A model generated the notes under the pieces. The model made no database searches, was not told the DNA's origin, and saw only the letters and a list, made by a program, of their open reading frames with translations. Positions 1 through 9,141 of a DNA stretch of 46,665 nt are shown here, piece after piece. Source of the stretch: an uncultured Rhodopirellula sp. (GTDB lineage: Bacteria; Planctomycetota; Planctomycetia; Pirellulales; Pirellulaceae); NCBI GenBank assembly GCA_964007735.1, contig CAXGAI010000037.1, positions 1-46,665 on the forward strand, written 5' to 3'. Within the stretch, counting starts at the first letter, position 1, and each line of letters opens with the position of its first letter. Position numbers and translations under genes: made by a program.

Positions 1-816
1 GTTGGGCTTAGTGGGTGGCGCCCAAGGATCATCATCCGCAGGTTCCTCGGCCACCGATGCTGACTCAGCAGCCGGCACTTCCTCCACATCTTCTTCAAGC
101 CCACCGGCCAAATCCATCAATGACGGAAGCTCAACCTGAGCTTCCGGTGCATTTTCATTAACAGCCGGAGCGGCAACTTCAAAATCACCAAGGTCAAGCA
201 TGTCGTCTGCGGGAGTTGCTTCCGGAGTATTAACTTCAAAATCCCCAAGATCAAGACTCTCAGCTTCCGCAACAGCGTCACCAACTTCCGGGGCTTGTTC
301 AACAGCCTCATCTGCCACTTCAAAATCAGCTAAGTCAAAACCAGCGTCATCACCTGCCGACTCTTCTGAAGGGGGAGTTTCATTGACTTCAAAATCGGCT
401 AAGTCAAAAGAACCTTCTTCAACCTCTGCCGGAGGTGCCCCTCCTGCGATCGGCATTGGTTCTGTTTGAGCAGCTGCAACTGCTCCCATTTCAAAATCAG
501 CTTCACTTACATCAGCCGAAGTGCCGCCTTCGAATACCACCTGCATCTCTACGGCTCCCAACTTGAGTTGAGCTCCAGAGACCAAAGGGAGGGCCGTTTC
601 CACCCGGATATCATTTACAAAGGTTCCATTGAGAGAAGCCAAGTCCCTAACGAGAACCTGACCAGCTTCTTCATAAACTTCACAATGCCGACGACTCAGT
701 AACGGATGTTTAATTGTCAGTGAGGAGTCCGTCCCTCTGCCAATAACGACAGGAAGTCCTACGCTAATCGTCTTCAAGGGTTGGCCTTCTTTGAAAACCG
801 TGAAATCAACGTTCAT
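1..816 (-). CDS. FHA-domain protein with long acidic low-complexity C-terminal region (runs off the window start)
   Basis: Manual translation from ATG at 816: MNVDFTVFKEGQPLKTISVGLPVVIGRGTDSSLTIKHPLLSRRHCEVYEEAGQVLVRDLASLNGTFVND. It carries the FHA hallmarks GR, SRxH and DLxSxNGT and stays open to position 1. It is missing from the ORF track because there is no stop codon in the window. Confidence 0.9.
   Translation of the reverse strand, partial: MNVDFTVFKEGQPLKTISVGLPVVIGRGTDSSLTIKHPLLSRRHCEVYEEAGQVLVRDLASLNGTFVNDIRVETALPLVSGAQLKLGAVEMQVVFEGGTSADVSEADFEMGAVAAAQTEPMPIAGGAPPAEVEEGSFDLADFEVNETPPSEESAGDDAGFDLADFEVADEAVEQAPEVGDAVAEAESLDLGDFEVNTPEATPADDMLDLGDFEVAAPAVNENAPEAQVELPSLMDLAGGLEEDVEEVPAAESASVAEEPADDDPWAPPTKPN
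175..408 (-). repeat. Four dispersed copies of a coding motif [FL]DL[AG]DFEV in the FHA protein tail
   Basis: Copies at about 385-408 (FDLADFEV), 316-339 (FDLADFEV), 232-255 (LDLGDFEV) and 175-198 (LDLGDFEV), separated by divergent E/A/P-rich spacers. Confidence 0.85.
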
Positions 817-1417
817 ATAAAGGTTTCAGCAGTGAAATGATCCGAAAAAGATAAGTTAAGAGAACTTTGACGTGGACTTAACCAGCGACCAGCAGTCGGC
901 AAAACTTACCAGGAAATATTAAATTAACGCATCAACGTAAGTTTATATAATCGAGGAAAGTACGACGACGCTAAACAAAAAACTATTCAAAAATCAATTT
1001 TAGCCATCGAAGGAAGGCTCTACAATTAAGAAAAAATTGTTTTTGAGTCCAATCTTAGAACTTTTGATTCGGTTTTTAACCCAATGTTGATGGTAAGAAT
1101 TAGAATTTTTATCCACGGCCAAGTTGCTATTCAGGTTATCCGACCACATTGTCTGCAATGCGACTAAAACTATTGTGTTTGCCAATCTTAGAAGCAGTAA
1201 TTGAAAACCACTTGTCACTACTGGAAAATGACGCATACTGCTTGCTTACAGGTACATTCAATCCAATCGTTGCATAATGGACTCAACACAGAAAAAAACT
1301 TGATTTTCAGGCGTTCGTCCCCCTTTAGCGTGTAGGGTTGCTGAGTTAAACTAACAGAACCTGTTACAGGTAATTTCATGTTTTTTGGATTTCCACCCCT
1401 TAAAACATGCCAATTAA

Positions 1418-1490
1418 GCGGCTGTAGCTCAGTTGGCAGAGCACAACGTTGCCAACGTTGTTGTCGTGGGTTCGAATCCCATCAGCCGCT
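1418..1490 (+). tRNA. tRNA-Gly (anticodon GCC), CCA not encoded
   Basis: Acceptor stem GCGGCTG/CAGCCGC, D arm GCTC-AGTTGGCA-GAGC, anticodon arm CAACG-TTGCCAA-CGTTG, T arm GTGGG-TTCGAAT-CCCAT and discriminator T. Confidence 0.97.
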
Positions 1491-1688
1491 CTTTTTGCCT
1501 TCATTCGGCATACAAGTTGCAGGATGCCTAAGTCACCGGATGAAGTTTTTTCAGGACAAAAGTTCTGAGATTCATAACAACCTATAGCAGGTAAATGACA
1601 CGTGATGATGACGTGTCATTCGGCTTTTATGGGCATTATAGTTTCCCGAATCCAAGCGGGAACATGTACTAAGAAACAGGTTTGGGAA

Positions 1689-3338
1689 ATGTCCGACCAA
1701 GATACAAATGAAGTTCCGGAAGAAGAAGTTCTGGACGTAGTAACTACTGACGAAACAGTTGAAGATCAGGTTGAAGAAGCAGCCTCTGAGTCTGAAGATG
1801 ATGAAGATCGTCTCGACATCGCGGTGGAAGTCAAAGAAGTAGGGGCATGTGAACGACACGTCGTCGTGACGGTTTCTGCTGCTGACATCGAAAAGTACAA
1901 AGATGAAGCCTATAGTGATTTGATGCCAAAGGCACAAATTCCTGGGTTTCGTATCGGCCGGGCTCCTCGTAAGCTCGTCGAATCACGCTTCAAGAGTGAC
2001 ATTGTTGATCAAGTCAAAGGTTCTTTGATCATGGATGCGATGTCTCAGGTTACCGATGAGCAGGATTTCTCTGCTATCAGTGAACCGGACTTTAACTTCG
2101 AAGCAGTACAGATGCCGGAAGATGGCGATCTAACATTCGAATTCAACGTTGAAGTACGTCCTGAATTCGAACTTCCCGAATGGAAGGGACTAGATCTCGA
2201 AAAAGTCGTTCACGAATACAGTGACGAAGAAGTCGACGAACGTGCGGCAGAACTGCTGCAACGGTATGGAAATGTTGAAGATGTGGAAGGTACAGTGGAA
2301 GCGGGCGATACTGTCAATATTTCAATCACCTTCCAAGACGGGGATGAAATTTCCTCAACGGTGAGTGAGGAAAATGTGATTGTTCGCGGAAGCCTATCCT
2401 TCTCAGATGGAGCAATCGATGGCTTTGGGGACCTCATAATTGGTGCTAGTGCCGGTGACTCTATAGAAACGACAGCAAAACTCAGTGATTCACTCGATGA
2501 TGAAAATCTGGCCGGCAAGGAATATACGGCCGGTATAACAATCAACAGTGTCAAACGAACAACTCCTCCTGAACTGACTCCGGAATTTTTGGAAGAAGTC
2601 GGAGGCTTCGAAACTGAAGATGATTTGAAAGCAGCAGTGCGTGAAGAACTAGAGCGTCAGCTTAACTATCATCAGCAACAACGTACTCGTGGCCAAATCA
2701 CGGAACTACTGACAGCGGATGCTAATTGGGAATTACCTCCTCAATTATTACGACGCCAATCCCAACGAGAATTACAACGTTCGATTCTGGAACTACAGGC
2801 TAGTGGATTTCCCGACGAAGAAATTCGTCGACACATCAACCGCATACAGCAAAATCTACTTGGAAGCACTGAAAAGGCCTTAAAAGAACACTTCATTCTA
2901 GAACGCATCGCCGAAGATCACGATTTGGAAGCAACTCCGGAAGATATCGAGCGCGAAATTCTGATTATCGCTATGCAGCAACAGTCTTCACCACGTGCAG
3001 TACGGGCCCAACTTGAAAAAAGAGGGGACATGGATGCTCTGCGAAACCAGATCATCGAGCGTCAGGCAATCGAGCTAATTACCGAAGCAGCCAACTTCAC
3101 TGAAACGGGCCTTCCAGAAGATGAAGATCGCGATGCTTTCGCTTTGTCCGCTGCGATCAGTGGCATTCAACCTGTTAGCCGACCCATCGACGAAGAAGAA
3201 GTTGTCACAGAAGTGGAAGCTGAAGAAGAAGTAGCCGAAACACCTGCAGAAGAAGTTGTCGCAGAAGTGGAAGCTGAAGAAGAAGTAGCCGAAACACCTG
3301 CGGAAGAGGCTCCAGCTGAAGAAACCTCTGAAGAATAA
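1689..3338 (+). CDS. tig: Trigger factor with acidic N- and C-terminal extensions
   Basis: Ribosome-binding signature PGFRIGRAP, the VEVRPEFEL motif and the classic position upstream of clpP. Start moved from 1602 to ATG 1689 (MSDQDTNE). Confidence 0.95.
   Translation: MSDQDTNEVPEEEVLDVVTTDETVEDQVEEAASESEDDEDRLDIAVEVKEVGACERHVVVTVSAADIEKYKDEAYSDLMPKAQIPGFRIGRAPRKLVESRFKSDIVDQVKGSLIMDAMSQVTDEQDFSAISEPDFNFEAVQMPEDGDLTFEFNVEVRPEFELPEWKGLDLEKVVHEYSDEEVDERAAELLQRYGNVEDVEGTVEAGDTVNISITFQDGDEISSTVSEENVIVRGSLSFSDGAIDGFGDLIIGASAGDSIETTAKLSDSLDDENLAGKEYTAGITINSVKRTTPPELTPEFLEEVGGFETEDDLKAAVREELERQLNYHQQQRTRGQITELLTADANWELPPQLLRRQSQRELQRSILELQASGFPDEEIRRHINRIQQNLLGSTEKALKEHFILERIAEDHDLEATPEDIEREILIIAMQQQSSPRAVRAQLEKRGDMDALRNQIIERQAIELITEAANFTETGLPEDEDRDAFALSAAISGIQPVSRPIDEEEVVTEVEAEEEVAETPAEEVVAEVEAEEEVAETPAEEAPAEETSEE
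3195..3302 (+). repeat. 54-bp tandem duplication (2 copies) encoding EEVV[TA]EVEAEEEVAETPA
   Basis: Units 3195-3248 and 3249-3302 differ at only two nucleotide positions. Confidence 0.95.
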
Positions 3339-3378
3339 ACACGGTTAATTCAAAAGCGTTTCATTCGCATACGAATAC

Positions 3379-3414
3379 AAACGTCAGCAAGTTTTACCTT
3401 GCTGACGTTTTTTT
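3379..3414 (+). terminator. Intrinsic terminator after tig
   Basis: AAACGTCAGCAAG-ttttac-CTTGCTGACGTTT, a 13-bp stem that runs into a T tract. Confidence 0.85.
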
Positions 3415-3520
3415 GTCGTGTTCCCGAGCATTTTTGCCTTCAATCCCATCTCCCCAAAAATGCTAACATGTGGCATAATTGACGCCAATGAAAACCCTTT
3501 AGAATAACTGGACGGGATTT

Positions 3521-4225
3521 ATGAGCGTTAAGCAATTCAATGACAAACAGTTAGCTGCAGGTCAGGCTCCACTACCAAGTGATTTTGCCCCACCTCACTA
3601 TCTGGACGAAACGAATTCTTACAGTTACCAAAACGTACAGCGTCAGCGACAACTGACGCTGGGCGATTTACTGTTAGAAAATCGAATCGTCTTTCTTCAA
3701 GGCGAGATTCATACTGGCAATGCAAATGAAGTAGTTATGAAGCTACTCTATCTGCAAAGTGAAAACCGCAATAAAGATATCCACTTTTACATCAATTCCC
3801 CCGGGGGTAGTGTGGTGGCCACTTTAGCAATATACGATACGATGCAAATCCTCAGTTGCCCGGTCGCCACCTACTGTGTAGGGCAGGCCGCCAGTGGTGC
3901 TGCTGTTCTACTAGCCGGTGGAACCAAAGGGAAAAGATTTGCTTTGCCTCACTCCCGAGTGATGATGCACCAGCCCTATGGTGGTGTGAGCGGGCAGATT
4001 AGTGATATTAACATTCAGGCTGATGAAATCCTAAGAAACCGTGACGTACTAAATCAAATTCTTGCAGACGCGTGCGGCAAATCAAAAGAAGACGTCGCTA
4101 AAGACACCGACCGCGACTTTTTCCTGACGGCTCTGGAAGCTGTAGACTACGGCGTGGTGGACGACTTGCTCCGCAAACCCGCTGACAATACGAATTCAGC
4201 CGACAATAACGAAACGTCCGAATAG
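3521..4225 (+). CDS. clpP: ATP-dependent Clp protease proteolytic subunit (paralogue 1, N-terminally extended)
   Basis: [17 protein letters not shown] (catalytic Ser), MMHQP (His) and DRDFF (Asp). Confidence 0.95.
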   Translation: MSVKQFNDKQLAAGQAPLPSDFAPPHYLDETNSYSYQNVQRQRQLTLGDLLLENRIVFLQGEIHTGNANEVVMKLLYLQSENRNKDIHFYINSPGGSVVATLAIYDTMQILSCPVATYCVGQAASGAAVLLAGGTKGKRFALPHSRVMMHQPYGGVSGQISDINIQADEILRNRDVLNQILADACGKSKEDVAKDTDRDFFLTALEAVDYGVVDDLLRKPADNTNSADNNETSE

Positions 4226-4261
4226 AACACAAACACAATATTTACAACGGAGATCGCAGCT

Positions 4262-4852
4262 ATGCCTCCAATTCCATACGTAGTCGAATCCAACGGTCGT
4301 GACGAACGAGTCTATGACATCTACAGCCGATTGCTCAAAGACCGTATCGTCTTTTTGGGCTCTGGTGTAAACGACGAAGTCGCCAACGCAATTGTCGCTC
4401 AAATGTTATTCCTACAGTCTGACGACCCAAAAGCGGATATTCACTTTTACATCAATTCTCCCGGCGGAAGCGTCAGTGCAGGACTTGCTATTTACGACAC
4501 CATGCAGTTCATCACTTGTGATGTAGCAACGTACTGTATCGGTCAGGCCGCCTCCATGGGAGCTCTATTACTTACCGCCGGACACGACGGTAAGCGTTAC
4601 GCTCTTCCAAATTCCCGAATCATGATTCATCAGCCACTGGCAGGCATGCAGGGCACAGCAGAAGAAATTCTGATTCACTCTAAAGAATTCCAAAAGACCA
4701 AAGACAAGCTCAACGAAATCCTTATCAAACACACAGGTAAAGATCTGGCCACCATCGAAGCCGATACCGATCGTGATAATTTCATGTCCTCGGAGGAGGC
4801 TCAGGCTTATGGGCTGATCGATAATGTTGTTTCAACGATGGCAGAAGCGTAA
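4262..4852 (+). CDS. clpP: ATP-dependent Clp protease proteolytic subunit (paralogue 2, canonical)
   Basis: [36 protein letters not shown] and DRDNFM; GGAG Shine-Dalgarno upstream. Confidence 0.97.
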   Translation: MPPIPYVVESNGRDERVYDIYSRLLKDRIVFLGSGVNDEVANAIVAQMLFLQSDDPKADIHFYINSPGGSVSAGLAIYDTMQFITCDVATYCIGQAASMGALLLTAGHDGKRYALPNSRIMIHQPLAGMQGTAEEILIHSKEFQKTKDKLNEILIKHTGKDLATIEADTDRDNFMSSEEAQAYGLIDNVVSTMAEA

Positions 4853-4880
4853 CGTTATTGAACGCTTCGATAAAACTAGA

Positions 4881-4910
4881 AAAGGCTGAACTGGAAACAG
4901 TTCAGCCTTT
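4881..4910. terminator. Probable bidirectional intrinsic terminator between convergent genes
   Basis: Perfect 13-bp stem AAAGGCTGAACTG-GAAA-CAGTTCAGCCTTT with A- and T-rich flanks. Confidence 0.85.
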
Positions 4911-4931
4911 GTTGTTGTGTTCATTCCAATT

Positions 4932-5744
4932 CTAACGATAAGGGGTCCAGTTCGATCGGGATGTCGAAATACCCCGGGACGATAGTACGCCTGATGTACC
5001 CACGCCTCGCACTCCAAAACGAACATCAAGAAACAACTCCGCTGACGGATCCAGTTCCTGCACTAAATCCAATTCGATCGGTATCGTGGTGCGATAAATT
5101 GACTTGGTAAGAATACGGTGTAATTCACTCTGAGCCACTTTCCACTGTCCCAGCAAATGACCTGTCGCATCTTTCTCGCGAATCACCACATCGACGTCGT
5201 CAGCGACAGCAACAAATTCACCTTCTGCATTTCGAGGGGTTATATGCAAAACAACGGTATCGGTAAGACGATTACCATCTGCATCACGCATCACCGTTCT
5301 CAATTGATTTATCTCGACACTCTGAACCAACTTCGAAAACGGGGAAGGTTGCTTACCAGAGGCAATATGATTTACCGGCGAAATAGATTCCTCATTAGCT
5401 AACGGATGACCGGACACCTCCCGAATGTTGGGAGCAATCCTTCTTGGTACCTCACCTGACGATAAATCGATCAAAGCAGGACCTATATTTGATTCGGACT
5501 CAATTTCCTGATCTTTCTCTGAACGCTGGTCCAGTTGTTGCTCTAACAGAATGACCTGCTGCTTCAATCGCGCGACTTCGTCCGCCTTTTTATCGTATTC
5601 GTACTGCAAATCATAAATCTGATCTTCTAAGGCTCGACGCTGGCTACCCATTTGATCGATTTCTCGCCTGACACGCGGATTATTTGCACAACCTGATGTA
5701 ATCAGGAAAGTAATAACCAGTAGTGAGATAGCCCAAGGACGCAT
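4932..5744 (-). CDS. Hypothetical lipoprotein with N-terminal coiled coil
   Basis: MRPWAISLLVITFLITSG-C lipobox-like signal, then a heptad-rich segment (RRALEDQIYDLQYEYDKKADEVARLKQQ). Start taken at ATG 5744. Confidence 0.7.
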   Translation of the reverse strand: MRPWAISLLVITFLITSGCANNPRVRREIDQMGSQRRALEDQIYDLQYEYDKKADEVARLKQQVILLEQQLDQRSEKDQEIESESNIGPALIDLSSGEVPRRIAPNIREVSGHPLANEESISPVNHIASGKQPSPFSKLVQSVEINQLRTVMRDADGNRLTDTVVLHITPRNAEGEFVAVADDVDVVIREKDATGHLLGQWKVAQSELHRILTKSIYRTTIPIELDLVQELDPSAELFLDVRFGVRGVGTSGVLSSRGISTSRSNWTPYR

Positions 5745-5830
5745 TGATCCGCTCGAAAGAGACAAAAATATACGAGGCTAGGGTACGAAGAATTGAATGA
5801 ACGAGACAAGCCCAGTCGTTCCATCCAGAA

Positions 5831-7609
5831 TCAAAGGCTCTTTAAGAATCGAACAAGATCACTAATCTGCTTGGCATTAAGGTTATTCCCGCCAAAATCA
5901 CCACCTGGATGACTATGTTCTTTGAATACGCTCTCAAGCGTCTTGGCTGAGTTGTCATGGAAGAAATGCATCCTCTGACCCACACCGATCAGGCTTGGAG
6001 GATTGAACGCTTGATTACCCTCCTTGTCGATAAGTCCCACATCGAAACGCTCCGAAACGGTATAAGTTGGTGGGGCATGGCAGTTCTTACAATTACTAGA
6101 TGCGAAGATTTGTTTCCCCCGTGCAACAGCGGCAGCATCCACCTGACCTCTTGCTACATCAATCGAAGGAGGACGTTTGAGCGACGAAACAAAAACTGCA
6201 ATCTGATCCAATTGATTTTCCGTTGGCTCATCATCCATTTGCATCGTCAAACGCAGTGAATTATGAATCTGCTTTTGAAGATCTTTTGCCTGACCATTCC
6301 AGGCGAATGGTGCTGTCCCTGCTTTACCTAACAAGGAGAAAACCCGTTTAGGAGCTCCAAACGATTTGTCGCTGAAATTATCATTCACCATTCCGTTTGT
6401 ATGGCCTTCGGTGTGACAACTATTACAACTCATCCAACCATCGTGAGACAATTTTGCATTAAAGAATAAAAGTTCACCTTTGTCACGCTCTGTAAGTTCG
6501 GGCTGTTTCCCCAAAGAAAACTCCTCTGACGACAACTTTTCCAGATCAACAATAGAAATCGAATCGCCAAACATATTAGCTACGTAAACCAAATCATTCA
6601 CTTCATCAATCACCAAATCGATGGGACGCAAACCTACCGGTAATCGCTGCAAGCTGAAATCATCTTCTTTACCATAGGCAATCTCACCAACACCACCGAG
6701 GGTTACCACCACGGTTCCATTTTTCGCAACTGCTAAGCATGAAGGATCACCGGTAGCATTTCCCGCTTCCCCAAGTGGATGCATATGAGCACCTGTATAC
6801 AACTCGTCACCACCTTGAAGTACACTTTCGACCTTCAGCCATCTTAAGTCATTGGACATCAGTAAGCCCCAGTGAACATCGTTACGGACCGTGTGAGCCA
6901 ATTCATTAAGCATTTGGTGAGCGACAATTAACATCTGGCCATCAGCACTAACTTGTAAACCTCGGACGTTATGCCCCGGGAATTTTCGGAGGCCCAACTT
7001 TTTAAGCTTGCCTATAGCGGCTGCAGATTTATCAAACAGTATGAGGTTGCCGCCAAAACAGTCTCCAACCACCATATGCTTTCCATCCGGTAAAAAAACA
7101 ATGTTGTGAGGAGTGAATTCCATATCCACTTTCTGCAGCAACTCGGATGCTGAGGGAGTTTTCTGATTTATCTGGAGGACCGCTAATTGACGGGACCACA
7201 TACCGCTGACATACAACAAAGAATTGCTGGCATCAAACTTTAGATGACGAGGATAAGTACAAACTTCGATGTCTGCCAAAGGGGTTAACGTGTGACTGCC
7301 AACTTCGTACAGACTGACCAAGTGCTTCGCTTCATTCGTCACGGCAAGTAAATTGGTGCCACTGATCAATTCCATATCCGTCGGCTTTCCCCCAATAGCC
7401 ACTTCATTGATCACCTGACGGGTAGTCAGGTCAAAAAAAGAAAGTGAGGCGCTACGCTGATTTAAGACAATCAATCGGTTCAAATCAGACACCTGTTCAA
7501 TCGCTACCGGACGACGAAGCACGCTAACTTCCATTAACTGATCCGCAGATTGTAGCGGTGAGGTAAAAAAACCGATCAGTAGCAGAATAACAACTAATTT
7601 GCGACTCAT
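5831..7609 (-). CDS. Exported YVTN-type beta-propeller fused to a di-haem cytochrome c (peroxidase/MauG-like) domain
   Basis: Signal peptide from MSRKL (ATG 7609); propeller motifs such as VYVANMFGDSISIVDL; GELLFFNAKLSHDGWMSCNSCH and RGKQIFASSNCKNCH give two CxxCH motifs. Confidence 0.8.
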   Translation of the reverse strand: MSRKLVVILLLIGFFTSPLQSADQLMEVSVLRRPVAIEQVSDLNRLIVLNQRSASLSFFDLTTRQVINEVAIGGKPTDMELISGTNLLAVTNEAKHLVSLYEVGSHTLTPLADIEVCTYPRHLKFDASNSLLYVSGMWSRQLAVLQINQKTPSASELLQKVDMEFTPHNIVFLPDGKHMVVGDCFGGNLILFDKSAAAIGKLKKLGLRKFPGHNVRGLQVSADGQMLIVAHQMLNELAHTVRNDVHWGLLMSNDLRWLKVESVLQGGDELYTGAHMHPLGEAGNATGDPSCLAVAKNGTVVVTLGGVGEIAYGKEDDFSLQRLPVGLRPIDLVIDEVNDLVYVANMFGDSISIVDLEKLSSEEFSLGKQPELTERDKGELLFFNAKLSHDGWMSCNSCHTEGHTNGMVNDNFSDKSFGAPKRVFSLLGKAGTAPFAWNGQAKDLQKQIHNSLRLTMQMDDEPTENQLDQIAVFVSSLKRPPSIDVARGQVDAAAVARGKQIFASSNCKNCHAPPTYTVSERFDVGLIDKEGNQAFNPPSLIGVGQRMHFFHDNSAKTLESVFKEHSHPGGDFGGNNLNAKQISDLVRFLKSL

Positions 7610-7720
7610 AAAAATCCCCGAATGGCTAAACGGCAGGAGATGTAAAATCCCTCGTCGTTCCATTATCCTGTAATTATCCATTGTGGAAAAGTGAAATCGT
7701 CAACTATTCTGAAGCCAGCC

Positions 7721-9139
7721 TTATCCCAGCACCTTCGCAACCGGCACTCCAGCCACATCCGTCAACCTAAATTGCCGACCCTGATATTTATAAGTGAGTG
7801 CCGTATGATCCAATCCCAGTAGATGGAGTACCGTGGCATGGAAGTCATGGACCGATACTGGATCTTTGGTAATCGAAAAGCCCAGTTCATCAGACTCACC
7901 CACTCTGACACCCCCTCGAATACCACCGCCTGCCATCCAGATGGTAAAACAGTCCTTATGATGATCTCGTCCGGCGTTATTCAGACCTCCCTGAACCATG
8001 GGAGTACGTCCAAATTCACTGCCGCAAATCACCAGCGTCTCTTCAAGGAGCCCTCGTTGTTTCAAATCTTTCAGTAAGGCAGCAATCGGTTTATCAACAG
8101 CCTTTGTTTTGTTCCGAATACTCTTTTCAATGTTGCTATGGTGATCCCAGCCCTGATCAAATAACTGAACAAACCTTACGCCTCGTTCGACCAATCGTCG
8201 AGCCAGTAAGCAATTGTTTGCAAAACCGGCCTTACCTGGTGATGTACCATACAAGGCATGCGTTACCTCCGTCTCACCGCTGGTGTCCATCAGGTCGGGT
8301 ACCGACGACTGCATTTTATAGGCCATTTCATACTGGCCGATTCGAGTGGCAATTTCAGGATCACCAACATCCACTAATTGCTCACGATTCAATTGATTAA
8401 TTGCGTCCACAATTCGTCGACGATCCTTTGCTTTAATCCCCTGAGGATTAGACAAAAACAGTACCGGGTCTCCCGAAGCACGAAATTCAACACCTTGATA
8501 GATTGATGGGAGAAAGCCACTACCCCACATACTGTTACCCGCACCACCAACACTGCCGGTCACCATGACCACAAAGGATGGTAAATTCTCATTTTCACTT
8601 CCCAATCCATAGGTTACCCAGGACCCCATACTTGGACGGCCAAAACGGCCAAAACCAGTCTGCATGAACAACTGAGCGGGGGAATGATTGATCTGCTCTC
8701 CATGCATGGTTTCAATGACTGCGATATCGTCTGCCATAGAACCGATTTCAGGAAGCAATTCTGAAAATACCTGACCACTCTCACCAAACGGACGAAAGTT
8801 GAATTGAGAACCATACATCTTCGGACGGCTACGAATGAATGCGAATTGCTGACTATTGAACAATTCCTCGGGACATAGCTCTCCCGTAATCTCCCGTAGT
8901 TTTGGTTTATCGACGTAAAGGTCTAGTTGTGACGGTGCTCCAATCATGTGGATGTAAATCACATTTTTGGCACGAGCTTGATAATCACTTTGCTTGGCAC
9001 GCAATGGGTTAACAAACTGAGATTCCACCGATAAAGCATCTTGACCTAATAGGCTCATTAACGCCGAGGCGCCTAATCCCATACCGCCAGTACGAAATAG
9101 CTCTCGACGAGTTAGTTCCAGATTTAGATTCTGAGCCAT
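7721..9139 (-). CDS. DUF1501 family protein (sulfatase-like), Tat signal
   Basis: TRRELF Tat motif, [30 protein letters not shown] and EFGRTP...GRDH. Start ATG 9139 lies 2 nt after the upstream stop. Confidence 0.9.
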   Translation of the reverse strand: MAQNLNLELTRRELFRTGGMGLGASALMSLLGQDALSVESQFVNPLRAKQSDYQARAKNVIYIHMIGAPSQLDLYVDKPKLREITGELCPEELFNSQQFAFIRSRPKMYGSQFNFRPFGESGQVFSELLPEIGSMADDIAVIETMHGEQINHSPAQLFMQTGFGRFGRPSMGSWVTYGLGSENENLPSFVVMVTGSVGGAGNSMWGSGFLPSIYQGVEFRASGDPVLFLSNPQGIKAKDRRRIVDAINQLNREQLVDVGDPEIATRIGQYEMAYKMQSSVPDLMDTSGETEVTHALYGTSPGKAGFANNCLLARRLVERGVRFVQLFDQGWDHHSNIEKSIRNKTKAVDKPIAALLKDLKQRGLLEETLVICGSEFGRTPMVQGGLNNAGRDHHKDCFTIWMAGGGIRGGVRVGESDELGFSITKDPVSVHDFHATVLHLLGLDHTALTYKYQGRQFRLTDVAGVPVAKVLG

Positions 9140-9141
9140 CA

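Noticed and set aside
175..408. Spaced ACTTCAAAATC repeats as a CRISPR-like array
   Set aside because: The copies are imperfect, irregularly spaced, in frame within a protein and vary at synonymous positions; there are no cas genes.
117..702. ORF-track entries 117-323, 200-469 and 466-702
   Set aside because: They are shadow or alternative frames of the real minus-strand FHA gene (1-816).
1000..1587. Short ORFs 1000-1236 and 1378-1587
   Set aside because: They have no recognisable motifs; the second overlaps the tRNA.
1418..1600. tRNA-Gly as an integration site for a genomic island
   Set aside because: I saw no integrase and no duplicated tRNA 3' end, and the tRNA is followed directly by the housekeeping gene tig.
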